Assembly: GCA_043228905.1 (NCBI GenBank)
Contig: JBHGNT010000004.1
Span: forward strand, 24,738,001-24,802,000
Reading direction: 5' to 3'
DNA length: 64,000 nucleotides
Source: Azolla caroliniana
Taxonomy: Eukaryota > Plantae > Polypodiophyta
Of this stretch, positions 1 through 11,195 are shown one piece after another. A model generated the notes under the pieces. That model had not been told where the DNA came from. It did no database searches and worked only from the letters and a program-made list of their open reading frames with translations. The position numbers and the translations under genes are program-made. How positions within the stretch are numbered: the first letter of the stretch is position 1; every line of letters starts with the position of its first letter.

Positions 1-149
1 GTTGCAATAAAATGTATATATTCTAATGGAAAACACCGTCGTGATCTTGTTGTAGCATTATTCCTTCTTGATGGCGATTTAAGATAAGATCGGTTGACAT
101 GGTACAATTCATGCATTTAACATTTAATACAAGATTTCTTTTGTTGGAT

Positions 150-1060
150 AATAAGGGCAACATTGAAGCTGAATCAGAGATGATAGTTCTCCTACACATG
201 GTATGTTGAAAATGAGCATGTTGTGGAAGCACTATGTGCTTTAAGCCAATTCAGCCTGCGGGTGTTTCTCCAGATATTTACATTTGCATGTACTGTGAAA
301 GCTTCTAGTATCATTATATCCACTAGGAAGGGTAGGGAAATACATGCTATGATTGAAACAACGAACCTCCTGAAACAAATTCCGAATACTGGAGCTGGAA
401 ATGCCTTGGTTAGTAAGATACATGAAACATGGTGGTGGTATTGGTGAGGAAATATTGAACATTTTTGGGCAAATGCAAGAACGAGGAGTATCTCCAGATG
501 TTATTACTTAAGACATGCATAACTTGTGGTAGGATTGGGTCCATGGTTAAGGGCAAGTCAATACATGATGATAATGAAAGACAAGTTTTGGTTGAGACAA
601 ATTGCATTGTTACTTAAATGCAAAATGTGGTGGAGCCCATGAAGCATGGATTATCTATCTTCAAAGGTCTCTTTGCACAAGATGTGTTATGAAATGTTTG
701 GAATAAACCAAGATGGATATATGGCTGTCCAATGTCTCAAATGTATGCCGAAATAATGTCTAAAACATGATGCAACCACATTCACATGCAATATTCATTG
801 TATGGAGTATTTTAATACCAATGGTGGAAAAAAACAAATTATTTACGAAGGCAACCTTCTCGACAAATAGATTAAACTTGCTAGTTTTGGAATGCTTTTT
901 CTCAAAGAATGTGAGCCCTGGTTTGGATCACATTATTTCAAGCGTCTAGATTTTGATTAATCACAATGATAAGGTTCATCCTATGGGATACATCTCCGAT
1001 ATCAATGCCCTCCAAAGACTTGATGTCAAAGCTTTAATTGACAAATTGAAAGAATGGCAA
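150..1060 (+). pseudogene. Degenerate PLS-class pentatricopeptide repeat (PPR) gene relic
   Basis: Broken frames give PPR-like motifs: FTFACTVKAS...KGREIHAMIE..LLK...GNALVS (277-414), EILNIFGQMQERGVSPDVIT (450-510), TCGRIGSMVKGKSIHD, KCGGAHEAW, DATTFTC and an E+-like NDKVHP..GYISD near 965-1000. Many stops and frameshifts; boundaries approximate. Confidence 0.6.
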
Positions 1061-2666
1061 TGCCACAATTGTAGAGTTGTTGACACATCCACGTAAGTGG
1101 CAACCATCACATGCCATGCCACCATTGGTGAATTCGTTACTCAAATAAAAATAGAGAGATTTCATCTCAATCATAAAAAGTAGACTGAGAGAATAAGACA
1201 AACACACATCATTAAAAAAGGGAAAGAGTAGACATACTTAACATATCCAACTTCTTATGCTACTAAAAAAGAAGTTGAGCACTAAAGTAACTTTTGGAGG
1301 TAGAGAGAACATTCGTAGAATCCATCGAAGCAACTTGACGTAGGGAAGTTGACATATCAACATTTACAAACTTGTCATAAAGAGGTAAAACTTGTAATAT
1401 GATTTCTATTGGAGCATGTACCTAATTCAACTTGGAGTAATTCTTTTAGGATACATTGGTTCATACAGTGTATAATATTGAAGGCATATCAAGTTGTTTA
1501 CCATTGTATAATATACTTTATTTGATGGCCTTGGCCCACACACTAAGAGGATTACAATTGGATTTTAGCCAATTTGAGGCCATGTCATCATTTAAAATGC
1601 TAGTGAAACTAACAAACTAACAATCCATGAGATCAAAGATTTTATCAAACAATTTCCTATGATTGCTTCCAAAAGGTTGTATTTAAAATTGTTGCTTAAT
1701 ACAAGTTCAAGTTTGTTATATTAACCAATCTACTTCATTGTAGTTCCCAAAGCATATGAGAGTCCCCAACCTTTTGAGGCCAAACACATGGATTCATGTT
1801 CAGGCAAAATATACAAACCATTTCATTTCTATTCTACATCAATTATCAAACCAAAAACTCGTTGTAAGGATAGGGTTTAGGGTTTAAGTAACCAACCCCT
1901 CTAAGTAGAGTCAATAGTTTGAAGATGAGGACATGTAATTCAGTAGATAGAAAATGTTGTGCATCATCACAAAATCATTCTTTATAGATTCATAATCTTT
2001 ATAATTGTGGGGCTCAAATTTCAAATATATCAACCATAAAGCATGTAGATCCAACAATAGAATTGCAGATTTACGTCATGCACAGTGGTTTTATTGCTAC
2101 ATTAATAATGGAAATTCTTCAATTCTATGCTTTTCCAGCAAGTGGAATGACATTTAATGTAGACTTAATAAACTTACAATTGTGTTTTGTGACAATTGAA
2201 TGTGTTTTGTAAATGAGTAACCCATATCAGCGAATATTGGATTGTGACAACAATGTTTTTGTGAAAATGTGGTGGTTAATTAATATGTATACAGAGACAC
2301 ATTCCTAACAATTAAGATTGACTGTTGCTCGTAAATGAACAATCTACATGGGATAACAATTGAATCCAGCTTGTAAATAACTGATATCTGTATGTGAATG
2401 CTCAAACTATTGACAGAGATTGCATTGTTATAACATGTATATGTATATATGTATGTATATAAAATGTAACAAAAATCATTTACAAGGCGAGAATAAGAAT
2501 GGGCAATCCAGAGTGGGCTTAACTCGCTTGATTTTGATCAAACCCACACCCATTTTGTCAAGAATTTTCTTGGTTTCAAAAAAATCCTTTTCACTCAGGG
2601 ATTAGGCATTCCATTCAATAAATAAAACAAATATAAAATGATACAAGCGGTGTGACCTAAAACAGG

Positions 2667-4236
2667 CTAGAAATTCTCCTTGTGGAATTCAAACCTTGTA
2701 TTTGATTTGTGATTATAGTCTCTTGCAAGCTCCTTCAGCTCCTTGGCTAGAATAGATGGTCCACAATAGAACACACCTACACATTCCAATCAAGTAAAAC
2801 GAAATAAACGAACTTTCTTTTCATTTAGCATCAGACAAAAGAACTAAACATCAAGTCTTGGGGTTTGGGTTTCACTTAAAATTATCTCACAAATACCTAT
2901 CCTCGAATCCTTGTGAGCATTTGCTACCCTTGAAAACACCTTTTTCCAATTGGGCCTTGCAAAGTGGGTCCTCACCTGAATGAATAACACCATGATAACC
3001 CAGTATACCAATGTTAGAAAACATTATTACCATGGTTCCAAATTGCTTTTATAAGTTGCTCATATCTGCAGATATGTCAAAAAAACGCTATTCATTTGAT
3101 AACATATGATTAGTTCGAACAGTACCCGTGTTCCGGACACTATGTCAACCCCATTCCGAGCATGGTGCAAAGATTGCACCATAGTGATAAGAGCTGAACG
3201 AGCATCACCTTCCTCATACACACTTGTAAGGTAGTTATGAAGCTCAATTACAGCCTGCATATGCAACCATTATTGAAACATTACTCGAACAAAGACTAAT
3301 AAGTGCAAAGGTGGATAGATCCGTATAGATCAGGAGAGTACATTGTCGTGCCAATGCCTAAAGTTTATACACATCATATATGTATGTATGTGTATTTATT
3401 AATATTTAGCATTGCCTTGGGAGAAATGATGCTGCTTTTACCCCCTTGGCTTGTGGAAAATGATTTGTAAAACCTTACTTTTATACTGATCTCAAAACTA
3501 AAAATACAAAGAGTTTTAATAATGAGCTTAGCATACGTTGTTATAGAACTAAATACACTATATATAATAAAGTAGGTGTACCAAAGCAATGCCTTTTCAT
3601 ATTGTGCTTTACATACACACTTGGGATTACCTTGTTGTCTATCTCTGCTACCTCATTCATAATCCCTTTGAACCAATCGAAGGACCCTTGCTCTTTCGTG
3701 ACCCAACAGAAGTACGCATTTGTCGGGCACCTTGGCTTCTTTTTCCTTCTAGGACTTTGATTGTCCACAACAGGGCTGAAGTCTAGAGATGTATCCTACA
3801 TTAGCCAAGCAATGTGATGGCAAAATAAAGCTGTCAATTAAGTGTTCATCCAAGGATGAAAAGGGTCTTGTAGTAGAAAAGTGTCTATACATTAAATACC
3901 AATATGCCAACCTGTTGTTGCTCCCCCATTTTTATGACATGAAGGAGGTCTTTCAAGATGCTAATAAAAGGTGTTGCCCCGATGCCAAGCCCTATGAGTA
4001 GCAGCACATCATATTTTCTGTAGTCCTGTGCTGGAGCTCCATATGGTCCGTCAATCCGAAGCCTTGGAAATCTGCAAAGACCCAAAATTAACTCATCAGC
4101 ATTGTCCACATCAAACAGTGGGTGTCCCTGACAAGATATTTATATTTACATAATGTCAATGTATGTAATTATATATGTCTATCTGTAATTTATTTATGTA
4201 TGTGTGTGTCAATACATGAATGTGTATGCAGGTGTA

Positions 4237-4303
<67 letters not shown>

Positions 4304-7300
4304 GTGTAGGTGTAGGTGTAGGTGTAGGTGTAGGTGTAGGTGTAGGTGTAGGTGTAGGTGTAGGTGTAGGTGTAGGTGTAGGTGTATGCGATGTCTATGT
4401 ATGCACACACCAGACAATGCCAACTTGACTAACCTGCATTCATCGCCAGTCTTGAATTCTGCTCGAAGAAGACCACTTTTACCTCCTATGGGAGGTGCCA
4501 TTATCTGCATTCCGCCATTCCTTACAAGTTTGAGCTTATATGTACAGAGCGGAAAAGGCAGAAATCATGGTAGAACAGAAGAAGAGTCCGATTCACCTTA
4601 GAAAACACATTTCTCATTTCTTGGGTCCAGTCACCAGCGGTTCGGATATGTACACTAATGCAATTGTCGTCAGGTGCGGAAGTGATGGAGAATGGATGCC
4701 TACAGAAGAGATATATATGGCATGAGAGGACTGGCATAGAAAGCATAGACAAAACTTCAGGGATGTGTCATTGCAACCACAGTTTGATTGCTTACCACTC
4801 AAATGGTGAAATCTCAGGGCATTGAAGGAAAATATACATCCCACTCTTGTACTTAAATCCAGGAGGCTTGGTCATATGCAGTGCAAGGACATTGCCAGGA
4901 TAGATTGCTGCCTGCATAGATTAGCATGTCCATGTGCAAGCATATAAGGTGAAATGGTATGTATGGATCTCATTTCGATGTTAACACAAGTAATTGCATA
5001 GAATTTTGTTCTGTTCAACCAGTACAAATCGGGTAAAACCAGCTTACTACCTACCTTCACAATGTTCACAGGGTAATGCCCTGCTCTAAGCGCCCTAAGC
5101 GAGCGCTCGCCGAGATATAGCATTACCGGAACAGATAGATAAACCCATGTCTGCAAGCATTCATTCATGCACACACATAATTAGAACATGTTACACCAAT
5201 GAGAATCACAACAAAGAAGGCTGGACAGTATGATATCCAGAAAGAGCATCATCACTCACAGTTTTCTGGTACCATTCATGTGAGAGATACAGGAATACGG
5301 AGTGGATGATAAGAAGGATGTAGACTAGCACAAACAGGTGATGGGAGTACCAAAATGCATTGAAACCAGTGAGCCTATGAAGCGGCCAAGGCAGCTTCAC
5401 AAGGTTCCGTCTGAACCACCGGCTCGCCAACACAAAGGCTATGGTCATGAGAATTACCATAGCAATACCAGAAAGCCCTTCTACGGATAACATAATTTGC
5501 ATGTATGTTGGTCTTTTGTAATTGAAGTCGTCAGCTACATATCGCTGGAAATCAGCGTCATTCGCACAAATAACTCGAACAAAGTCACACGATAAGTGTG
5601 TACCGGCATGGACAAAGACACCAATAACTATAGCCACCGCAATAGTCTGCATAAGCACATCACTACATTCTCATTGCCACGATCATTACCATCAATCTTG
5701 TACTTAGAGATGTGTAATTGATTAGTATTCATTAGGGGCTCCATGACCTATGTTGTGGATCGGAACTTGTACATACCCAGGAGAAAGAAATTGCTCCATG
5801 GATTTACCAGTGGTGCAGACTTCCTAGATATGATTAAGCCCAACCTTTTCACATATATATGGAAGCTACAGACATTTGAATATCACACCTTGTGAAAGTT
5901 TATATTGTCATCGAATGGAACGATTGCCCCTAGACGAGAGGAACGAAGCCACGTGATTGTGTTGCGACAAACTGGGAGTAATATCAAGGCCATGTTCAGC
6001 TTCAGAGTCTCAGCAGCTCCTTTGGCGGTGCAAACGCAGTAGCCCATCACGTGAAAGGCTGCCCTTTGCCTATACTGGAGGAATTTCCATGTAAATAATC
6101 CCGCCATCATCAATATCCAGAGAGCTATCACCCATATCCTCTGCCAATTCTCATACACAAAATACATGGTTGATTTCATTTTCCGGGGAACAAAGCCTCT
6201 TCTCCTTGTAGGTGGTCCCAAGTTTTGGCTCAATGTTTGGCTGTAATTCGAATGCCGATCCTTCACAAAACCACCATATTCACAAAGCAACAAGGACTCT
6301 AGCTGAGCTAGCTGCAACAGACATCCAAGAGTACAAACAATACCATTAATCCACTCATGCGAAGAAAATAATCATCTACATTCAATCCCTGATCAAGACA
6401 AGCTAGTCACCTCAATGTAACCAAGGTTATCAGGATCAAGCTCTTCCATGATTAAAGCTGCATATTCCTCAGCCTGATCTTTGAGCTTAGAGAGCTTGTT
6501 GGCCGAAGCACTGAGTGCAATGATCTGTAAGCAGATGACTCAAGTTTTAAGACCATTAAGTTACAGATATCTCGAATGAGAACAGCAGATTAGAGATACT
6601 GCTAGCCATGTAATGAACATAAGATACATATACATATACATAGATTTACCTCCTTCACTTCCTCCTCAGAGATGCGGCCATCGGCATTCTTATCACACCT
6701 GCATTGCATTAGAGTACCTTTTATTCAGTTCTTTTATTGCTCAGATCCAAATATAGGCTTCATCCTAATGAGAAATTGTTTACATGTCGAAGAATATCTG
6801 GAGACGGGAATCGAACTTCTGATCAGAGATGAGGCACCAGAAGTCTTGCAGCTCGTTCAGAGAGATGGCATTAAGCCGCTGGCCTCGCCTTCTAGCGAGA
6901 GCATCGAATAGCTCTTTTGCAAAATCACCCGAGTCCTTCATACCTACACATAATCTCTCCCTCTGTCTCTTTCTCTCACACATACACATACAAAAACATG
7001 TTTAATCTTTGCTATGGGCTCTATCTATCTATCTATCAATCTATTTATCTATCTCGTTCTCTCAATTCAGTTGGTTGGGCCTGAGTATCAAATTCTACTC
7101 CCATTCCCCACCTCCAATCACATTAGAACCTGCTTCCCTGAGATATGTTATTACACGATCATGCATGCCTAGTCGCCTTTCTCTTAGGATTAAGCACTGA
7201 TCTTTACTAGAATTGTTGAACATGATCAAACTACTGCACATGAACACAGTCAGTGAGAAAAGCTTCAGTTTTCTCCCATTCGTCGTCACATTTGAGGTCC

Positions 7301-8085
7301 GAGAGAGGACCATGACACTTATGTTGTATTATTATTATTATTATTACTATGCCTGTCTCTGTTTCTCTCATGCGTGCGTGCTTCAGCTTACCGATGCAAT
7401 AGCCGAAATCCTCTCGGGCGAGAAGGCCGTCGACTGCAAGCTGATGAAACCTGGTCTCCACGCCTTTCCATAGATCATCGCTCGCATGAGCATTCCCGGT
7501 GGCTTTGCTGATGAATTGGAGTCCTTGGAGAGCATACTGCGTACCTGAGATTGATCTTGCCAATACCTTCTTCTTCCTCTTCATGAGCATAGCAGCCCTG
7601 CTACTGCCATGGCTAGAGCCATCCACAGTGTTCCCAATCCCCAGATTAGCAGAGAGCTTCCTCATCTCCGCCTTGAGCTCTTGCGAGAGCTCTTGCGAGA
7701 CTTGTCTGAGCTTTCCGGCTGCGGAGAGTCCATGGGGGGCCGTGAGTCTCTTCTTGGCAATGACAGAGGAGTCGAGAGGCCGTCGCCTGCTCTGTGGGGA
7801 GGGCCTGGCGGCGCGGCCCCAGCTTTCTTCGTCGCCGCCGCCGCCGCCATCGTCGAGGAGGCGGACATTAGATTCGGGGTCATCAGAGGCCGCAGCGATG
7901 GAGTGGTCCAGGGTCGCCTCCATGAAATGCTGGTCTGCTTCCTCTCCGGCTCTGGCCACGATCTCTTCTAGCTTCCATGGCGTCGAGCTGGCCTTGGCGT
8001 CTATGTCCAGGCCTAGGTCGAAATCAAAGGAAGAGAGCGATGGCGGGCCTCCTGCTGCAGCCGCTGTTCTTCTGAACCCCTTCAT
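2667..8085 (-). CDS. RBOH: Respiratory burst oxidase homolog (plant NADPH oxidase), 15 exons, 951 aa, intact
   Basis: Exons, all with GT-AG introns and consistent phases: 8085-7392, 6943-6784, 6698-6650, 6524-6411, 6311-5889, 5646-5260, 5150-5055, 4911-4796, 4699-4597, 4504-4434, 4071-3912, 3795-3631, 3254-3126, 2975-2897, 2776-2667 (2856 nt). Motifs: [10 protein letters not shown]-hands [12 protein letters not shown] and [17 protein letters not shown] (equivalent to AtRBOHD S343/S347), [10 protein letters not shown], heme His in HAGTHL and WYSHHLF, FAD motif [33 protein letters not shown]-terminal FHKENF*. Confidence 0.97.
4232..4388. repeat. Compound hexanucleotide microsatellite, (GTGTAT)n then (GTAGGT)n, in RBOH intron 10
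   Basis: Directly visible, about 12-13 units of each motif. It explains the spurious CM/CR/YT/HI/HL ORFs. Confidence 0.95.
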
Positions 8086-8100
8086 GTCTCAATACTCACA

Positions 8101-8131
8101 GGGGGGGGGGGGAGGGGGGGGGGGGGGGGGG
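8101..8131. repeat. G12-A-G18 homopolymer 16-46 nt upstream of the RBOH ATG (poly-C on the mRNA strand)
   Basis: Directly visible. Confidence 0.9.
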
Positions 8132-8256
8132 CTCTCCTCCTCTTCTGCTTGCTGCTCTCAGCAGTGGCACTCACTCATTCACTCACTCATCAATTCATTC
8201 AATGAATGGTTGGTTCATTCAGCAGAGAATGTGGTAGTGTGATGCCTGCTGCATTC

Positions 8257-8830
8257 ACACACACACACACACACACAGAGATGGCGATGGAGAAACAGGC
8301 GAGTCTAGAGAGAGAGAGAGAGTCAATGTGATTAATGATTATATGCGTCTCTCTCTAGAAAAGAGCGAGGAGGAGGCATTGTAGAACGTGCAGGCAGAGT
8401 GGCAGATGAAGAAGATGAAGCAGAAGAAGAAGAAGAAACAGAGGAGGAGAGAGAAAAACAGAGATGGCGAAGAGAGAGAGAGAGGACATGGGGACGAGAG
8501 GGAGAGAGAGAGAGAGAGAGCCTAGAGAGAGAACGTAGAGAGAGAGAGGGAAGGGGAATTAAACCTTTTTCCCTCACCTTTTTTTTCACCTTTTCTTTTC
8601 CTTCTTTTTTTTTTTTTAAAAACAATATCGATTTCTTTTCTTTTTATTTTCTGCTCTTTAATTTATTTATTTTCTCTGTTTTTTTTTTTGTGTGTGTGTG
8701 TCTCTGTTCTGCTCGCTTTGTTTTCTTCTTCTTCTTCTTTTTGTTTGTTTGGAATTCCAATTCTTTTTCTTCTCTCTTCCTTTTTTCTGTTGTTTTGCTT
8801 TTCGGTTTCTTTTTCTCTCTCCTCTCTCTC
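8257..8830. repeat. CA, GA/CT, GAA and T-rich simple repeats in the RBOH 5'UTR/core-promoter region
   Basis: (CA)n 8257-8276, (GA)n and GAA tracts 8306-8548, T/CT-rich tract 8564-8830. The GA tracts form a pyrimidine patch on the sense strand, as is common near plant TSSs. Confidence 0.7.
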
Positions 8831-8910
8831 ATGCGCCTTTTTTAAACGTTTGAACATGCATTGAAGGCGCCCCCCCCCCCCCCCAATCCCCCTTCCAAAC
8901 AGTACGATCG

Positions 8911-9061
8911 GCCGACGTGGCACCGAGCGCGCCTACGTGGCCAGCGCGCCTGGCCCGGGCCCGCCGACGTGGCGGGAGAGGCGGTGCCACGTCGGCGCGA
9001 AACTGGCCGGGGCGGCGGATCCTACACTGTCAATACCAGGGCCTCGCGCGCCTGACGTGGC
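8911..9061. promoter_or_regulatory. GC-rich cluster of ABRE (ACGTGGC) and DRE/CRT (GCCGAC) motifs upstream of RBOH
   Basis: ACGTGGC at 8915, 8935, 8967, 9055 and inverted at 8986-8992. GCCGAC at 8911, 8963 and inverted at 8991-8996. Several CGCG boxes. Lies 0.83-0.98 kb upstream of the ATG; function inferred. Confidence 0.6.
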
Positions 9062-10654
9062 GTGGCGTGTGCCAGCTGTCGGGTCGGTTTCACACTTGGT
9101 GTCCGGCTGATCCTTCCCCTCACAATCCGCCAATCCCCTCATCCTCTCATTGAATGCCCATCCACCTACCCACCTACCCACCCACTTTTCCCTACTATGT
9201 TTTTTTTTCTTCACTCACCCATGTATGTATATGTATGCAATTGAATGAATGAACATGTGACGCTTTTCTGTATACATCCATAAAAGCACATCCAAACATG
9301 GATGGATGGATGGCCATTGAAGTAAATGGATGCGTGTTTGTGTTTGTTTCCTCGATGATTCATCTACTCTCCACTCGATTTAAAGGAACCAACGCAAATG
9401 TGTAAATAAATTCATATGTGCCCCACCGGTAACATTGGCGCTAATTGATAGCATAACATCCTCTCACTCACTCACACACACACACACACACACAATCTCT
9501 CTCTCTCTCCCTCCCTATGATACCTTGTCAAATTATTAGATCCTTTAAAAAGCATTCCCATCAAGCATGAATGTCCATAGTTTACTTTATTGGTGTGTTG
9601 CAATATATTGGGCAATGTATAATCCATGCACGACAATTGAGGGAAAGTGGTTCACGAATTCGATTGAGAAACACAGAGACTAATAGAGAGAGAGAGAGAG
9701 AGAGAGAGATTCTTTTCTATTGACAAAAAGACTCTTTCCTAATATCTAATCTACACGGTAAAGAGTAGAATGAGTATGTAGTGTTTATGCTGAATTTTTT
9801 CGTTCTTTCCAAAGCTTTCATTAATGCAACAACGGAGTGTGTGGTGTACCTTGCGAAGAGTCAAGCAGTTGGTGAGCACGAAGGTGGGTAGATGAGAGAA
9901 TACACTAAACTTCATCTAGCATATGGACTAGTTTGACGCGAATGGCACTTGTACTTGCTTGCTAGTGAATGTGTTTGTAGAGTCTAATCCAACACGAAAT
10001 AAGGATTATTGAGAGATCTCGTTGAGACCAAGTCACCATGCATCGCTTTGTTAGGATTTAGTGACCTAACCTTAGTGGTATCGTTTGATTTATGTGAGTT
10101 GTGCTTTGCTAGTCGAAGCAATGACACATTGCACATGTTGGTGACGCACAAGCCGAATGTGGTGTTGATAAGAATTTAATATGCACAACCTTCAACGCCA
10201 TTTCTTGGATCTGTAAGAACAAAAACAAACATGTCTTGCGTCTAGGAGGATGTCCATATGTATTGGCTAAAAGTGTTACTACTAGATATCCTAAATAGTG
10301 GCTAAAAATCCTATTACTTTTTGGAGCAATGCACTACAATGCTTCCTCTCCTTCATGGAAAATGTACTTCTTTAAATTCTCATCCTTGGACCCCCAGACT
10401 TCCATGTTCCTCTTGCAAGAGAGTTTCTCTATTCGTCAATAGATCTTTGAAATTCACGAAAAAGAGGATAGTTGCCACTTTTTTCATTATTATATGAGTT
10501 CTTCTTCTCACATGATTTTGATTTTTTAATTCAGTTAATTTTCGAAAAGCACAAAACAAAATTTTACAATTTTCATAATTAAATGAATTGTTGGGTAGAA
10601 GTTGGAAGCAAGAAACATTATAGGTTTTGTCAAATGTGTTATCCATTTAAAGAG

Positions 10655-11195
10655 CATGTTATGTAAGATGTTGGTTCTTTTCACATGAACATCTCACTAG
10701 CCTTAAAAATTACTTTTGCAAGTCTGTTCTTGGAGCCACGTACAAAGGAGCCTTTGTTTATCTTGCTAACCAATTGTGCATCTTTTACATCATTGTTTTC
10801 GGGTGGGATGAATTACATATATACATTGAGAAAAAACTTTTTATCAAGGCATGGCTAATTTAGATTTTTGAAAACCCATGTTATAATTCTTATAATAAAA
10901 TGTACTCAGTGGAATTTTGAGAGAAGAAACACTATTGGTTTTTGCATGTCTTTTATACATTCAAAGCACATGTAATTGAAAACATTGGTTCTTTCCACCT
11001 GAACAATATCTTATTACTCTTAAAAAACACTTTATAACTTCAGAAAACATAAGAGTGTCCCTGGAACTACATATGAGTGCGTCTCTCATTTGCCTTGCAA
11101 ACCAAGCATACATAATTTACATCATTGTTTTTTAGTGGGGTGAACTATATACATCAAGTGAACCCTTTTCATTGAGGCATCGTCATTTGAAACAA
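10655..11195. repeat. Old degenerate direct duplication (about 300-bp period)
   Basis: Shared blocks ttggttcttt.cac.tgaaca, cttaaaaa, tttacatcattgtttt and a(a/g)ggcat occur in both 10655-10870 and 10966-11195. Confidence 0.5.

Noticed and set aside
4122-4601. ORFs with CM/CR/YT/HL/VG dipeptide runs
   Set aside because: Translations of an intronic hexanucleotide microsatellite.
7499-8242. 247-aa plus-strand ORF, and similar antisense ORFs over DUO1 exon 3 and TE pol genes
   Set aside because: Antisense shadows of real coding sequence.
8332-9244. Several 60-150 aa ORFs (poly-E/R/F/K and GC-rich)
   Set aside because: Products of simple repeats and the GC-rich promoter island; no recognisable domain.
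9081-9430. Idea that DUO1 directly regulates the linked RBOH via AACCG-type sites
   Set aside because: Only an isolated partial match (CGGTT near 9085), expected by chance; linkage at 47 kb is not evidence.
9744-9966. Possible short Helitron (TC... start, ...CTAG end)
   Set aside because: No convincing subterminal hairpin; the termini could be chance matches.
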